DNA of 42,922 nucleotides. Source: a virus. The translations under genes were made by a program, and so were the position numbers. Of this stretch, positions 8,216 through 17,807 are shown piece by piece. The DNA lies in the IMG/VR virus record IMGVR_UViG_3300029910_000049, positions 1 through 42,922 of that record, one strand, 5' to 3'. Below the pieces are notes generated by a model. That model worked only from the letters and a program-made list of their open reading frames with translations, searched no databases and was not told the DNA's origin. How positions within the stretch are numbered: position 1 is the stretch's first letter; the number at the start of each line of letters is the position of its first letter.

Positions 8216-9925
8216 TTACCTATACCAAGTTGAACCGTTTATTATAAAGCTTTCGTCTTGCGGACCGCTCACAACTTGGCCGCTTATATTGCCGCCAGTC
8301 AAAGACTGCCCGCTATTGGCCTGGATATTCAAAGACGTAATAGCCTGTTGAAACCGTATAGTTTCGAGTAGATTTGAAACGTTTGGCGAAGCGTTAGCAG
8401 GAAGTATAATCGTCAACGCGGCTAAAGAGCCGGACGGATTGACAACATAGGTTGAAACGCCGTCCGGTATCGTTATTGTGTCGCCGCTACTTGGCGCTAC
8501 TACATCAACAGAAGCATCAGATATAGGAGCCGAATTTATAACAGCCGAAATTGAAGCTGGATTTGGATTTACAATAAATTGACTGTAACCTAAAGAACTA
8601 GTCGCTAACGAACTATTATCTAGCGTCATTACTAAAGAACCGTTTGCGTTAGGCGCAATATATGTCGTTCTAGCAATAAACGTATCGAATGACGCGGTTG
8701 TTTGATCTTGTGATGTTAAAACCGCCCCGCTTGGTTGAGGATTTGAATATACCGCACCGCTGTTGCTTTGACTATTGAACATACTCAAAACCAATGTGCC
8801 TTTTTGCACATTAACCGATGGCGTTATAGCCGTTGAACCGCTACTGCTAGCTGTACCTTGAGACGCGGCGTATGTTCCGTAATTGCTTACCTCGTACATG
8901 TAAACGCCCGCTGCGCCTATGCTAGCAATCGAATATGTTCCGGCCGTAGTTGCAACTTGGGTATATGTCGAAACGCCACCCTGAAAAGCAACCACAGATG
9001 TTTGGTATGTCCATCCAGCCGCCGCCACAGGCGCTGTTCCACCAGCCGGGCCAACACCCACGGCAAGCAAAAGATCACCAGGAATAACGTTTATCGGAAA
9101 CTGCGTGCAAAAGCAGCTTTGCACAATTGTAGGAGCTGTTACGTCTTCAATGAGATTTAAATTTTTTGCATTCAAAGAGGAAACGTTGGAAATATTTAAC
9201 GTTCCGTTTGTGACAGAAAGCGAAGGCGGCGTAATTGGTTGCGCCCACGTTCCATCGCCACGCCAAAAAGTCGAACCGTTTGCACCGCTACCGCTATTTA
9301 AATTGGCCACGGGCAAATTTGATGACGCAGAAAACGGCGTAAAACCTAAAGCGGTTGTAACGTCACCGGAAGATAACGTAACAGCACCATTGCGAGTGTT
9401 GAAAGACGTTACGCCACCAGCTATAGAACCGCATTGTATTCCACTGCCGGTTGTCCATTGCAAAGCGTTATTTGAACCGCTGCAAGATGGTACAGCCATA
9501 GCAGCGGGAGTTGATCCGCTGCTTGTCGCAAAAATGCTATTGGTGGCAAATGAGCTTATCCCTGTTCCGCCTTGAGAAAAAGAAAGAGGCGTGGTCAATC
9601 CAGACAAAGAAGTTATATCGCTGTTTGCACCGCTAGCCGCTGCGCCTAACGTCACACGGCTACCGCCTTGAGTAGTTGACCCTGTTCCGCCCTGTGCCAA
9701 CGCTAGCGGAATAGTCAATCCAGACAAAGAAGTTATGTCAGAATTTGCACCGCTCGCTGCCGCGCCAAGATTTGTTCGCGCGCCACCGGCCGTGGTAGCG
9801 CCAACGCCCCCGGACGTAAGCGCAAGCGGCGTTGTCAATGTCAAACTTTGGAACGTTGGCGTTTGAGCCAAGGCATTTTGCGCAAAACAAACAAGCAGCG
9901 CACCAAGTAAAAGAAGCTTTTTCAT
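8216..9925 (-). CDS. tail fibre protein with N-terminal signal-peptide-like segment and 40-aa tandem repeats
   Basis: MKKLLLLGALLVCFAQNALA-QT. Repeats carry GG(V/T)G.TT.GG.R..LGAAASGANSDITSLSGLT. The ORF is open to 9952 (MYRLNGNNS), but ATG 9925 lies downstream of the DUF2612 stop. Confidence 0.7.
   Translation of the reverse strand: MKKLLLLGALLVCFAQNALAQTPTFQSLTLTTPLALTSGGVGATTAGGARTNLGAAASGANSDITSLSGLTIPLALAQGGTGSTTQGGSRVTLGAAASGANSDITSLSGLTTPLSFSQGGTGISSFATNSIFATSSGSTPAAMAVPSCSGSNNALQWTTGSGIQCGSIAGGVTSFNTRNGAVTLSSGDVTTALGFTPFSASSNLPVANLNSGSGANGSTFWRGDGTWAQPITPPSLSVTNGTLNISNVSSLNAKNLNLIEDVTAPTIVQSCFCTQFPINVIPGDLLLAVGVGPAGGTAPVAAAGWTYQTSVVAFQGGVSTYTQVATTAGTYSIASIGAAGVYMYEVSNYGTYAASQGTASSSGSTAITPSVNVQKGTLVLSMFNSQSNSGAVYSNPQPSGAVLTSQDQTTASFDTFIARTTYIAPNANGSLVMTLDNSSLATSSLGYSQFIVNPNPASISAVINSAPISDASVDVVAPSSGDTITIPDGVSTYVVNPSGSLAALTIILPANASPNVSNLLETIRFQQAITSLNIQANSGQSLTGGNISGQVVSGPQDESFIINGSTWYR
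9561..9800. repeat. 2 x 120-bp tandem repeat inside the fibre gene (a third, degenerate copy follows)
   Basis: Units 9561-9680 and 9681-9800 both start cctgttccgcc. They share an identical 23-mer, gtcaatccagacaaagaagttat, at 9593 and 9713. Confidence 0.85.
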
Positions 9926-9939
9926 GCTGTTATTTCCGT

Positions 9940-10860
9940 TCAAACGATACATATTACGCCGCCATTATTCCACAGACTACCGGCCAATCCGGCGTTGGTC
10001 AAAGGTAAGTTTGCGCCGCCAGCCGAGACCAGCTCAGCTACGGTCAACCCTACAAAATAGATCAGCGGCGCGGCCGGATTAGGTGTTGTCGTTCCGAACA
10101 CCGTCATAACTTCCCCGTTGTTCCATATATCGCCATTGCTTAAACCAGCATCAGACGTTGGAAATAACGGGGAGGGAACAGTCATTAGTAGCACGCCGCC
10201 ACTATCGCCAAACGTAGGAATGGTGACTGTTAGCAACACGCCTGCCGGACGCGGCAATAAATCGTACTCCTGAATAATGGTAGCTAGATTATCAGATATA
10301 GGATAGTTAAGCGTTATGCTGGCAGTCATATCCAAGTTGTCTACTATGTACGGAAACGTTTTGAACGGCATTCCCGGCCATACCTGTGTAGGCACGCCGT
10401 CTTGTATAATCGTAATGGGATTAGCAAAGAGCCGATAAAGAAAGCCGTTGTCTTCAACAAAGCGACCCTTAGAAACAATCTGCCAATAACGCAGCAACAA
10501 CACAAAGCGTTTTTCAATTGTCGTTAAAAACGCAGGATTGCGCGCCGTTGGATTAAAATTAGCATTGAAAAAGTTTTGATTGAATATGCCAAAGCCCCAA
10601 GGTACCGGACCCGGCGCAGGAGGATTAAGATTTACAGGCGAGTTCAAAATTATTGCCCACACTGCGCATCCGAAGTCATCAGCAGATGTCAACGAAAAAA
10701 CGTTGTTAAACCAGTCAATCCAAAATTGTTCATGGTTGGCCGCATACCAAGCTTGCTTAGCAGACATCAACGCGGTTAGGTTTGGCGCATCGTTATGGCG
10801 CCAAATTATAGCGCTTTTAACATCAGTAGCAAAATCAAATTGCTGATATTGTTCTGTCAT
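9940..10860 (-). CDS. baseplate wedge / fibre-attachment protein, DUF2612-like
   Basis: N-terminal WIDWFNNVFSLTSADDFGCAVWAIILN pattern. Positioned between baseplate J and the fibres. The C-terminus carries two WNNG(G/E)V motifs. Confidence 0.65.
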   Translation of the reverse strand: MTEQYQQFDFATDVKSAIIWRHNDAPNLTALMSAKQAWYAANHEQFWIDWFNNVFSLTSADDFGCAVWAIILNSPVNLNPPAPGPVPWGFGIFNQNFFNANFNPTARNPAFLTTIEKRFVLLLRYWQIVSKGRFVEDNGFLYRLFANPITIIQDGVPTQVWPGMPFKTFPYIVDNLDMTASITLNYPISDNLATIIQEYDLLPRPAGVLLTVTIPTFGDSGGVLLMTVPSPLFPTSDAGLSNGDIWNNGEVMTVFGTTTPNPAAPLIYFVGLTVAELVSAGGANLPLTNAGLAGSLWNNGGVICIV

Positions 10861-12080
10861 TACACAATCACAATATCAATGTTGCCGCTGGTCAACGTGC
10901 CTATTTCGTTTAGAGCTATTGCAATTTCAGCATTAGAATACGTACCGCCCGAGACAGTGCCAATTTCCAAGTTTTTGACATACACGCCGGGCATTGATTG
11001 CGTTACAGCTCCGGCTATTTCAAAAGACGAAACGTTCTGCCCCGTGGCCAAGCCTTCAATACCATTAAGCGTATTGCTCGCATAAGCCAATATAGCGTTT
11101 GTTGCATTATCTGTAAGTGTGCCTGTATATTGCCCTTGCGATATGGTTGCGCGCACTATCAAAGGAACGCCAGCCGGTACGTCCCATTGCGGCGTAAATG
11201 CTTGTCCAGTAACAGGATCACTGGCAGGTGCGTCTTGCGCTCCGTTCCAATTGGAGCCCGTACCTTTATATTGAAGTATTACGGCAGCCAATGCGGCAGC
11301 ATTGGCTGCGCCAGTTGTTATAAGTGCTCCGTTAATACACATCCAAAATGAATGTGCAACCAATGTAATTACATCAAGCGTAACCGTTGCCGCCGTGTTG
11401 TTTTCCAAAAACTGCAAGTCTGTTACGAAAGGCAAATTCTTAACAGCCGAGTATAAAGCACCGTTTACAGAACGGCCTTGAAGCGAAAGGGTTTGGCGGC
11501 GAAAGCTGCGAAACGCTACGTCACTCATTGAAGTATTGCCAACAATACCACCAGTGCCAGCCGTCAAGCTGGTTAAACCCAACACGTCGCTAACAATGTT
11601 CAATGGTCCAGATGGCACGGCGATGGCACCGTAATTTACCGCCTGCATTACAACGCTACCGTTGCCGGTATTGTCCAACTCAATCGCCGCCGTGGTTGCA
11701 AAAATATCCCCATTTGTTGTCTTGCCTTGCGTACCGGCCGGGACGGGCAAGTCAGGCGAACCTACAAGCGCAACGCTTGGATAATAAGATTGCGCTTGAG
11801 CCGTGCGCTCACACTGCGTCAAGCCGCCGATAGCATCCAAAAATTGCCCGGCTGATTGATTAGGGTTAATCTGGTTTGCCAATGCTGCGTTATTGTTTAC
11901 CACCGCAGAACGCGCTTGAACTTCACCAGCAATCAACACTCCTGCCGGGGCGCTATCGTCAATATCCAAATTCTGCCCTAGAGCTGACAAAAACTCTTGC
12001 TGCACCGTAGCTTTTATTGTCGTGGTATCGGCAACAATAACGCCTGTAGAATTGACATATGTATATATGCTACTGCTCAT
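10860..12080 (-). CDS. baseplate J-like protein
   Basis: About 406 aa, positioned after the gp25/W-like gene. ATG 12080 (MSSSIY) follows AGGGAA and the upstream stop. An alternative ATG lies at 12101. Confidence 0.65.
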   Translation of the reverse strand: MSSSIYTYVNSTGVIVADTTTIKATVQQEFLSALGQNLDIDDSAPAGVLIAGEVQARSAVVNNNAALANQINPNQSAGQFLDAIGGLTQCERTAQAQSYYPSVALVGSPDLPVPAGTQGKTTNGDIFATTAAIELDNTGNGSVVMQAVNYGAIAVPSGPLNIVSDVLGLTSLTAGTGGIVGNTSMSDVAFRSFRRQTLSLQGRSVNGALYSAVKNLPFVTDLQFLENNTAATVTLDVITLVAHSFWMCINGALITTGAANAAALAAVILQYKGTGSNWNGAQDAPASDPVTGQAFTPQWDVPAGVPLIVRATISQGQYTGTLTDNATNAILAYASNTLNGIEGLATGQNVSSFEIAGAVTQSMPGVYVKNLEIGTVSGGTYSNAEIAIALNEIGTLTSGNIDIVIV

Positions 12081-12081
12081 A

Positions 12082-12456
12082 TCAAATTCCCTGGCTTGCA
12101 ACGTCTATCGTTGACGGACTGTATTGCGTCAAAATCGAAGCCGTATAAGTCAACACACCATTTTGTATCGTCACAACAAAAGACTTAACTTGTATAACGC
12201 CAGAAACGGTCAATATGCGAGCGCGCCCGGCCGCGACAAACTGCGCCAAGCGCTGTTGACGAAATACCGTATCGAGCATGGGCATACCCTGATTGTAAGC
12301 ATAAAGCATTTCCCTTAACTGTGCTTCAACCCTGGCTTGACAGCTTTGGGCCAACGCATCAACACCAGTAAGAATTGCGAGATTACCAGAGCCGTCAATA
12401 TACAAATCGCGGTTTGCATTTAGACCTATCGTTAGGTTTGAGATTGTTACGCTCAT
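12082..12456 (-). CDS. baseplate wedge protein, gp25/W-like
   Basis: 124 aa, between the V-like spike gene and baseplate J. 4-nt overlap with the upstream gene. Confidence 0.5.
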   Translation of the reverse strand: MSVTISNLTIGLNANRDLYIDGSGNLAILTGVDALAQSCQARVEAQLREMLYAYNQGMPMLDTVFRQQRLAQFVAAGRARILTVSGVIQVKSFVVTIQNGVLTYTASILTQYSPSTIDVASQGI

Positions 12457-13079
12457 ACTGGTGGCCCCGATATTCCGCCGCCGTTTTGCACGTCGCCATG
12501 CTCATGCGTAGCGCCTACATTTACACCGTTGTGAGTTAGCGTAGTGCTAACCATTTCAATATTTGTTGCTGTAAACTTTAAGACGGCGGGTGACATTGAA
12601 ATGGCAACAGCTCCGTTTGTTGATCCTATAACCAAATTATTTTCATCGCCGCCAGCAATCGTTATCGCGTCCATTACATCAGGAAAAAACAAACCGTCTT
12701 CGAAAGAATGAAGCCTATTCGTATTAGGTGCAGTCTCTTTTCCACCTTGTAGATACAGTGATATATCACGATCGCTCGCCTTTATCCAGCCTGTATTACC
12801 GGCAACTAAAGGAAAACTAACAAAGAAGCCGCCGCCGCCCATGGTGTAAACCGGAATGCTAGCGTAATCAGCGCGGCTTACAAGCTTTTGATCAGTTGTC
12901 ACCATCATGATTTGCGGCTGAACAACAGCGGTGTTTGTGGAGCGGTCAAAGCTAATAACCTTGGCCGGTAGCATATCGTCAGTATTCATAAGCATTTTGC
13001 GATAGGAATGCAAAAGCGCTCCAAGCAACGTGCCCTTGTTTGCGAAGTCATATAGCGGCGGTGAGTTTGTGCTACTCAT
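12453..13079 (-). CDS. baseplate central spike / assembly protein V-like
   Basis: HSFEDGLFFP and C-terminal HEHGDVQNGGGISGPPV resemble Mu gp45/P2 gpV-type spikes. Confidence 0.6.
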   Translation of the reverse strand: MSSTNSPPLYDFANKGTLLGALLHSYRKMLMNTDDMLPAKVISFDRSTNTAVVQPQIMMVTTDQKLVSRADYASIPVYTMGGGGFFVSFPLVAGNTGWIKASDRDISLYLQGGKETAPNTNRLHSFEDGLFFPDVMDAITIAGGDENNLVIGSTNGAVAISMSPAVLKFTATNIEMVSTTLTHNGVNVGATHEHGDVQNGGGISGPPV

Positions 13080-14002
13080 AAAGGATTACCACCTGTTCCG
13101 GTTTGCGGCGTACCTTGAAACGTATCTATCCAAGCGGCTATGGCGTTATTCAAGCACACTGCAGTATAATAAAAAAACGTGTCGCGATTTGTTAAATCGA
13201 ACGAAAGCTTTACGATAGTGTAATTACCGTTCAAGGAAGGGTTGCTGGTTGACATTAACTCCAACTCGCCGCCAAGCTGTGCAATATTGTTAAACAAAAA
13301 GGTAACTTGTACGCCTTCCTCTGTAAGCTCAGGCACGCCTATCATGCCATCATATTCACTCACAAGTACTGCGGTGTTTGAAAGCGGAGAGTTCCAATTT
13401 TTAACGACAAGCTGCCCGTCATCAACATATGCGTTTACATTACCCATTGCGCCTAGCTTATCGACTTCCCTTAGTTGTGATCCCGAAAACGCATAATTGC
13501 CGATGGTTTTATCGGCAGCCTGGAAGTTTAATTGCAAACCTAGATCATCAGCAACAGCTTTACTGATTTCAGACATTTTACTTTTTATTGATCCTGTGCG
13601 CCCCTTCACAATTTTCTTTTGTGCGTTTCCGGTCAAGCTCTTTAGCGACAACGTAACATCAGGAACTTGTGACGATTTGCCGATGACGATATCACCAGAA
13701 TAAACCAAAGCGTATCCAGTTGAAACGCGACCGGCGTACACGCTAAAACTTTTGTTTTCTGCGTTTTGATTAAACGGCGACGTTTCTGTTAATATAAAGT
13801 TCTTGTCGTTAGTTGCCAGATTTGAAATTTCGATAGTGCATTCGTTCTGTATCTGGTTAGCGTACTTGCTACCTTTGGCTGACATCCAAAGTCCAGGCGT
13901 TGCGATATCACCCTTATCTTCAAAAGTGTATTGAATAGTGCCCACACTAACCACAAGCTTTAATATGCGCGGGTCAATTTGGGTTGTTTGCGCTCCACTC
14001 AT
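13076..14002 (-). CDS. baseplate hub-like protein (308 aa)
   Basis: Called on size and position, between the tape-measure-proximal genes and the spike. Coupled by 4-nt overlaps. Confidence 0.45.
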   Translation of the reverse strand: MSGAQTTQIDPRILKLVVSVGTIQYTFEDKGDIATPGLWMSAKGSKYANQIQNECTIEISNLATNDKNFILTETSPFNQNAENKSFSVYAGRVSTGYALVYSGDIVIGKSSQVPDVTLSLKSLTGNAQKKIVKGRTGSIKSKMSEISKAVADDLGLQLNFQAADKTIGNYAFSGSQLREVDKLGAMGNVNAYVDDGQLVVKNWNSPLSNTAVLVSEYDGMIGVPELTEEGVQVTFLFNNIAQLGGELELMSTSNPSLNGNYTIVKLSFDLTNRDTFFYYTAVCLNNAIAAWIDTFQGTPQTGTGGNPL

Positions 14003-14418
14003 GCCGATACAGCCGGAAGCGGCAAATAGCCGGTAGGTATTATTTGTTGCGCGGTATTTAACGCGGCTTGCTGCGCCAGCGTTAGCGTGATAGTGTTTGG
14101 CGGTGCGGACGCTATCCCTTGCATTTCAGCCTGAGTTAGAAAATATAAAAACTGTGTCACGCCAAACAGAGAATAGTCAATGCAGTTTTCATCAAGACAT
14201 GCAAATATGAAGTTGCCATTTCCGGCCGTCATCCAGGCAAAAGGAAAAAGCGGCGTGCCTGCAACAATGCGAGTGCCGGAAAGAATAGTCACACCGTTCA
14301 TAGTTATATCTGCGCACATGTCCCCGTTGCATTGTTTAATGCGTATCTGGTAGCGGTTGCCGTTTTGTGTGGTAACAAATGACTGGTTAGGCTCAGTCAA
14401 GAGCGTTAATAGCTGCAT
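13999..14418 (-). CDS. tail/baseplate-associated hypothetical protein (139 aa)
   Basis: Translationally coupled within the tail module. Confidence 0.5.
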   Translation of the reverse strand: MQLLTLLTEPNQSFVTTQNGNRYQIRIKQCNGDMCADITMNGVTILSGTRIVAGTPLFPFAWMTAGNGNFIFACLDENCIDYSLFGVTQFLYFLTQAEMQGIASAPPNTITLTLAQQAALNTAQQIIPTGYLPLPAVSA

Positions 14419-15023
14419 TAGTTTTTGCTCCCATAAAACCAGTCATACGCCGCGCTTCCGGTGTTGCCGCTATTGCCGGTGCCAGTTGGAGCCGTTTGCG
14501 TTGTGCCGTTTTGCGCGCCGGTTGTGACTGTGGCCGCATCAGCAGCGCTCTTAGGTATTGCAACAGTTGTGGCCGCACTGGCTATCTGCGCTTCTTTAAG
14601 CTTTATTATCATCGTTATTGTATCTATAGCTTCAGGCGTATGCTGATACGGCATAGCCATAATATACATATTAGGATATACATCAACTATGGTTTGCACG
14701 GTAACGCTGCTTTTGCCCAGAAACGTGGCTTTGACAGCATTGTACGCATCCAGATAATCGGAAGGCGCAAGGATGACGCTAAGCTCTATCTCAGTTTGAT
14801 TTATAATGCGATGGTCAACAATGGTTGCGCCGCTCTCCAACGGATGTTCCATCAGTTTAGATGACGGGGTTACTCTGGCAGTTATCGGACGTGCGTTAGG
14901 AAACAACTGATTAAAGTTGACATCATAAACACCGGTAACATCCTGATTGTATCCAGCAAAAGCGGCATTAAACTCGCTTGACGCTTGCAAGTCTTGATTG
15001 ATATTAGCAAAAGCTTGGCTCAT
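14418..15023 (-). CDS. tail/baseplate-associated hypothetical protein (201 aa)
   Basis: Immediately downstream of the tape measure gene. Start and stop are coupled. Confidence 0.5.
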   Translation of the reverse strand: MSQAFANINQDLQASSEFNAAFAGYNQDVTGVYDVNFNQLFPNARPITARVTPSSKLMEHPLESGATIVDHRIINQTEIELSVILAPSDYLDAYNAVKATFLGKSSVTVQTIVDVYPNMYIMAMPYQHTPEAIDTITMIIKLKEAQIASAATTVAIPKSAADAATVTTGAQNGTTQTAPTGTGNSGNTGSAAYDWFYGSKN

Positions 15024-16768
15024 TAGCTTTGCACCCCATCAGCGAAGTGGCCGATAGTGTGGGCAATATGATCGCTTAGCGTATCGTTAACAACACCGGC
15101 CACGCCTTTTGCATCGGTTGCTTGCGTATTTACCGTAGCCGTTGCCGTTATGCTGTTATTGTTTGTAATGGTATTGCCCTGGTGCGCTGTAAGAACGCCC
15201 GGCCCGATTGAAGCCAGAGGGGTATCGGCTGCAGCAAGGTGCTGCTGTCCTGCCGCCACGGCTGCCTGCAATTGCTGCTTAGGGGTAGGGGCAAGCGGCG
15301 GGAGCGCCTGTGCGCGCGCATCCGCTACATCGCCATAGGGCACCCCCGGAAACCTGTCTGCCCATGCTCTGTGCGAGAGCAAAGGGGCAACCTGTGTTAT
15401 GCCCGCGCGGCCGTCCGGCTCCGTTGGCAAAACCGGCGCGGCAGGTCCTGGCGGTGGCGCGGGTTCACTGCCTAGCCCCAGCTTCTTAAGCAAATTGCTA
15501 GGCAACTTTTCAACGTCTTGTAGTGCGCTAATAAACTTATCCCATTGTGTAATCATGTAGTCTATTTCGGCGCCAATAATTTTGCCTAAATCAACAAAAT
15601 CTTGGCCTAAGTGTTTTAAAATTTCGCGTACCGCTGCCGGACCATTTGGCCCTAACCACTTTGTCAACCATACACCAAGCAGAGAATTGTTACCTTCAAT
15701 AAAATTGGCAATATCGTCATACGCGAGCGCGAATGCTGCAATGAGTAATCCTAGTGCAGCAATAATCAACAAAATCGGCCACGTTGCGGCGATGGTGGCA
15801 ATCGCTGCACTGGCCATCGCTGGCCCGTACACCGTCAAGATGACGGCGGAAAGACCAATAAAGAAACCTTCAACAAGCGTTTTGTGTTCCTCTAAAAACT
15901 CAATAGTTCTAGTCAACGCACCAGCAACAGCCGTGAGCGCTGGTAATATGTCATCCAAAGCCGACAAACCGCCGCCGCGCATAACGTCCTTAAAATCGGC
16001 CCATTGCTCATTCCACGCCTGCGCCGCTTCAACATTCTGTTGCGTGACAACGCCCAATTCCTTTTCGTGCGCAATCATATCGTCAACAGCTTGCCGCCCC
16101 TCATGCAGCAATAAAATGGTATGCTCATCGAGCCCTAGCTTCATACCTACACCAGTGGCAGCGTTGCTTGACATTTTCGAAAGCCTGTCTGCTAGTTCAG
16201 GCAATAAATCAAACACTGGCCTTATTTTGCCGTTTGCGTCCGTGGCAGATATACCTAGATCAGCAAACACTTTTTTAGCGCCTTGCGTTCCGCTACCTAT
16301 GGCGACACCAGCTAGACCGCGATTTAGTTTTGTTACGCTTTCCTGAAAGTCTTGCGCTGTTCCACCAGTCTTAATTACCGCTTGGTCCCATGCATCCAAA
16401 TCGCTCACGTTTACGCCAAGAGCCTTAGACATATCGCCTAACGCAGAAACCATTTCCGCATTTTCGAAGAAGCCGTCAACAAGCTTTTCGACTGCAAGAA
16501 ACCCGGCTAAGCCGGTTGCCATTTCCGCTGTTTGTCTGATAAAGTCATAAGCGAAACGCTTTGCAAACTTATCGAGTTCGCTAATCTCAAACTTGCCAAG
16601 TTTGCTGCTTTCAGCAATCTTTTGGCCCATAGTCTCGCCCGCATCACCAGCCTTGACCAATGATGCGGCGGTATGTTCGCCCGCTGCTGTAACTTTCGCT
16701 TGTCCGGCCGCAACCTCTTCTGAGTTTGTTGTGAAAAGAATAGCAAAGGTTTCAAGAATACTCGACAT
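15023..16768 (-). CDS. tail tape measure protein
   Basis: 581 aa, Ala/Gly-rich and helical. Central hydrophobic stretch (GLSAVILTVYGPAMASAAIATIAATWPILLIIAALGLLIAAFALAY). Located after the chaperone. Confidence 0.8.
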   Translation of the reverse strand: MSSILETFAILFTTNSEEVAAGQAKVTAAGEHTAASLVKAGDAGETMGQKIAESSKLGKFEISELDKFAKRFAYDFIRQTAEMATGLAGFLAVEKLVDGFFENAEMVSALGDMSKALGVNVSDLDAWDQAVIKTGGTAQDFQESVTKLNRGLAGVAIGSGTQGAKKVFADLGISATDANGKIRPVFDLLPELADRLSKMSSNAATGVGMKLGLDEHTILLLHEGRQAVDDMIAHEKELGVVTQQNVEAAQAWNEQWADFKDVMRGGGLSALDDILPALTAVAGALTRTIEFLEEHKTLVEGFFIGLSAVILTVYGPAMASAAIATIAATWPILLIIAALGLLIAAFALAYDDIANFIEGNNSLLGVWLTKWLGPNGPAAVREILKHLGQDFVDLGKIIGAEIDYMITQWDKFISALQDVEKLPSNLLKKLGLGSEPAPPPGPAAPVLPTEPDGRAGITQVAPLLSHRAWADRFPGVPYGDVADARAQALPPLAPTPKQQLQAAVAAGQQHLAAADTPLASIGPGVLTAHQGNTITNNNSITATATVNTQATDAKGVAGVVNDTLSDHIAHTIGHFADGVQS

Positions 16769-16773
16769 ACAAT

Positions 16774-17330
16774 CTACTTCCCTGATTTACGCTTTGCATT
16801 CTCTACGGCCAAATGCTCATTAAAGCGTTCAACCATTATAACTTCGAAAATATCCAACGCCTCTTCTAGCGTTATTTCGGATTTGAGTTCTCCATATTTT
16901 GCTTTGCCGCTCGCAATAATGGCCCCAATGAACGGGTCAACGTTGGCAAAGCTGACGCTAGGTACGGTTGAACTGTATCCTTGAAGAAAGCGAAGACTTT
17001 GCCTTTGTCGAAAAAACTTGTGTTATACCGCATCATCTCAAACTCAATCTTTGCCAGCGTTTCCCAATCGGGCACATGGTTGTTGATAAGCTCCGGCGTT
17101 TTCAACAACAACATGGAGCCGGATGCAGGAGTGACGCCAACAAAAGCCATAAGCTTAAACATTGTCGTTTCGTTCGCCGCATAATCGCCAACTTTAGGCA
17201 AAGACGAAAACGAATAATTTGCAACAATGAAGCGGCCGGTAATGGCCGGAAATTTGGAAATGGTATACGTCTTTTCCGCTCCGGCCATTGTGGTGACGGT
17301 TATCTCTTTCGGCTCAAGCAAATCAGCCAT
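16774..17330 (-). CDS. tail assembly chaperone, -1 frameshift product (GT-like, about 185 aa)
   Basis: Slippery heptamer T TTT TTC in phase at 17016-17010. I translated the -1 frame by hand: it is open for 78 codons to a TAG at 16776-16774, filling the otherwise non-coding gap before the tape measure ATG. Confidence 0.5.
16872..17330 (-). CDS. tail assembly chaperone (G-like)
   Basis: 152 aa, between the tube and tape measure genes. Contains a slippery T_TTT_TTC heptamer. Confidence 0.65.
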   Translation of the reverse strand: MADLLEPKEITVTTMAGAEKTYTISKFPAITGRFIVANYSFSSLPKVGDYAANETTMFKLMAFVGVTPASGSMLLLKTPELINNHVPDWETLAKIEFEMMRYNTSFFDKGKVFAFFKDTVQPYLASALPTLTRSLGPLLRAAKQNMENSNPK

Positions 17331-17331
17331 A

Positions 17332-17790
17332 TTATGCTACCGCCGCCGATGTCTTAATGATGTTCTGGAAAACGAATTTATACGTTTTCGTCTTCTGACG
17401 CCCACTGGACGAAATGGAACTGCCGGGCATACCGTCAGTCATCTTGCCAGCCGTAACGGTAATGGTTGAGCCGTTCGGATATTCTGCTGTGATGGTGATG
17501 ACATCTTGCGCGCTGGCTTTGCCGCGTCCGACGCGGTTAGCCTCATGAACGATACCTAGATTTACATCCTCCGGCGAGCCGTTAATGACAGCGATATTGA
17601 GCGGAATGGGCATGGCTTTGGACCATGTAATAAGATCGCCGTTAAGCCCCATTGCCGCTTCCGCAATTTTAATCTCCGGCAAATCGAAAGGATCGGCATC
17701 ATCAGCAAACGCGCTCACAATAAAGCCGGTGGGGAACGTGCTTGACGCCAACACCACAGCCTGAAAGCCAAAACCAGAAACATCCGTCAT
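17332..17790 (-). CDS. tail tube protein (DUF3277-like)
   Basis: 152 aa, directly downstream of the sheath gene. GGAG lies 9 nt before the ATG. Confidence 0.7.
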   Translation of the reverse strand: MTDVSGFGFQAVVLASSTFPTGFIVSAFADDADPFDLPEIKIAEAAMGLNGDLITWSKAMPIPLNIAVINGSPEDVNLGIVHEANRVGRGKASAQDVITITAEYPNGSTITVTAGKMTDGMPGSSISSSGRQKTKTYKFVFQNIIKTSAAVA

Positions 17791-17807
17791 ATGTTAAACT
17801 CCCGCGC

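Noticed and set aside
15582-16346. 254-aa plus-strand ORF antisense to the tape measure gene
   Set aside because: Shadow ORF. The minus-strand product has the expected tape-measure composition and position.
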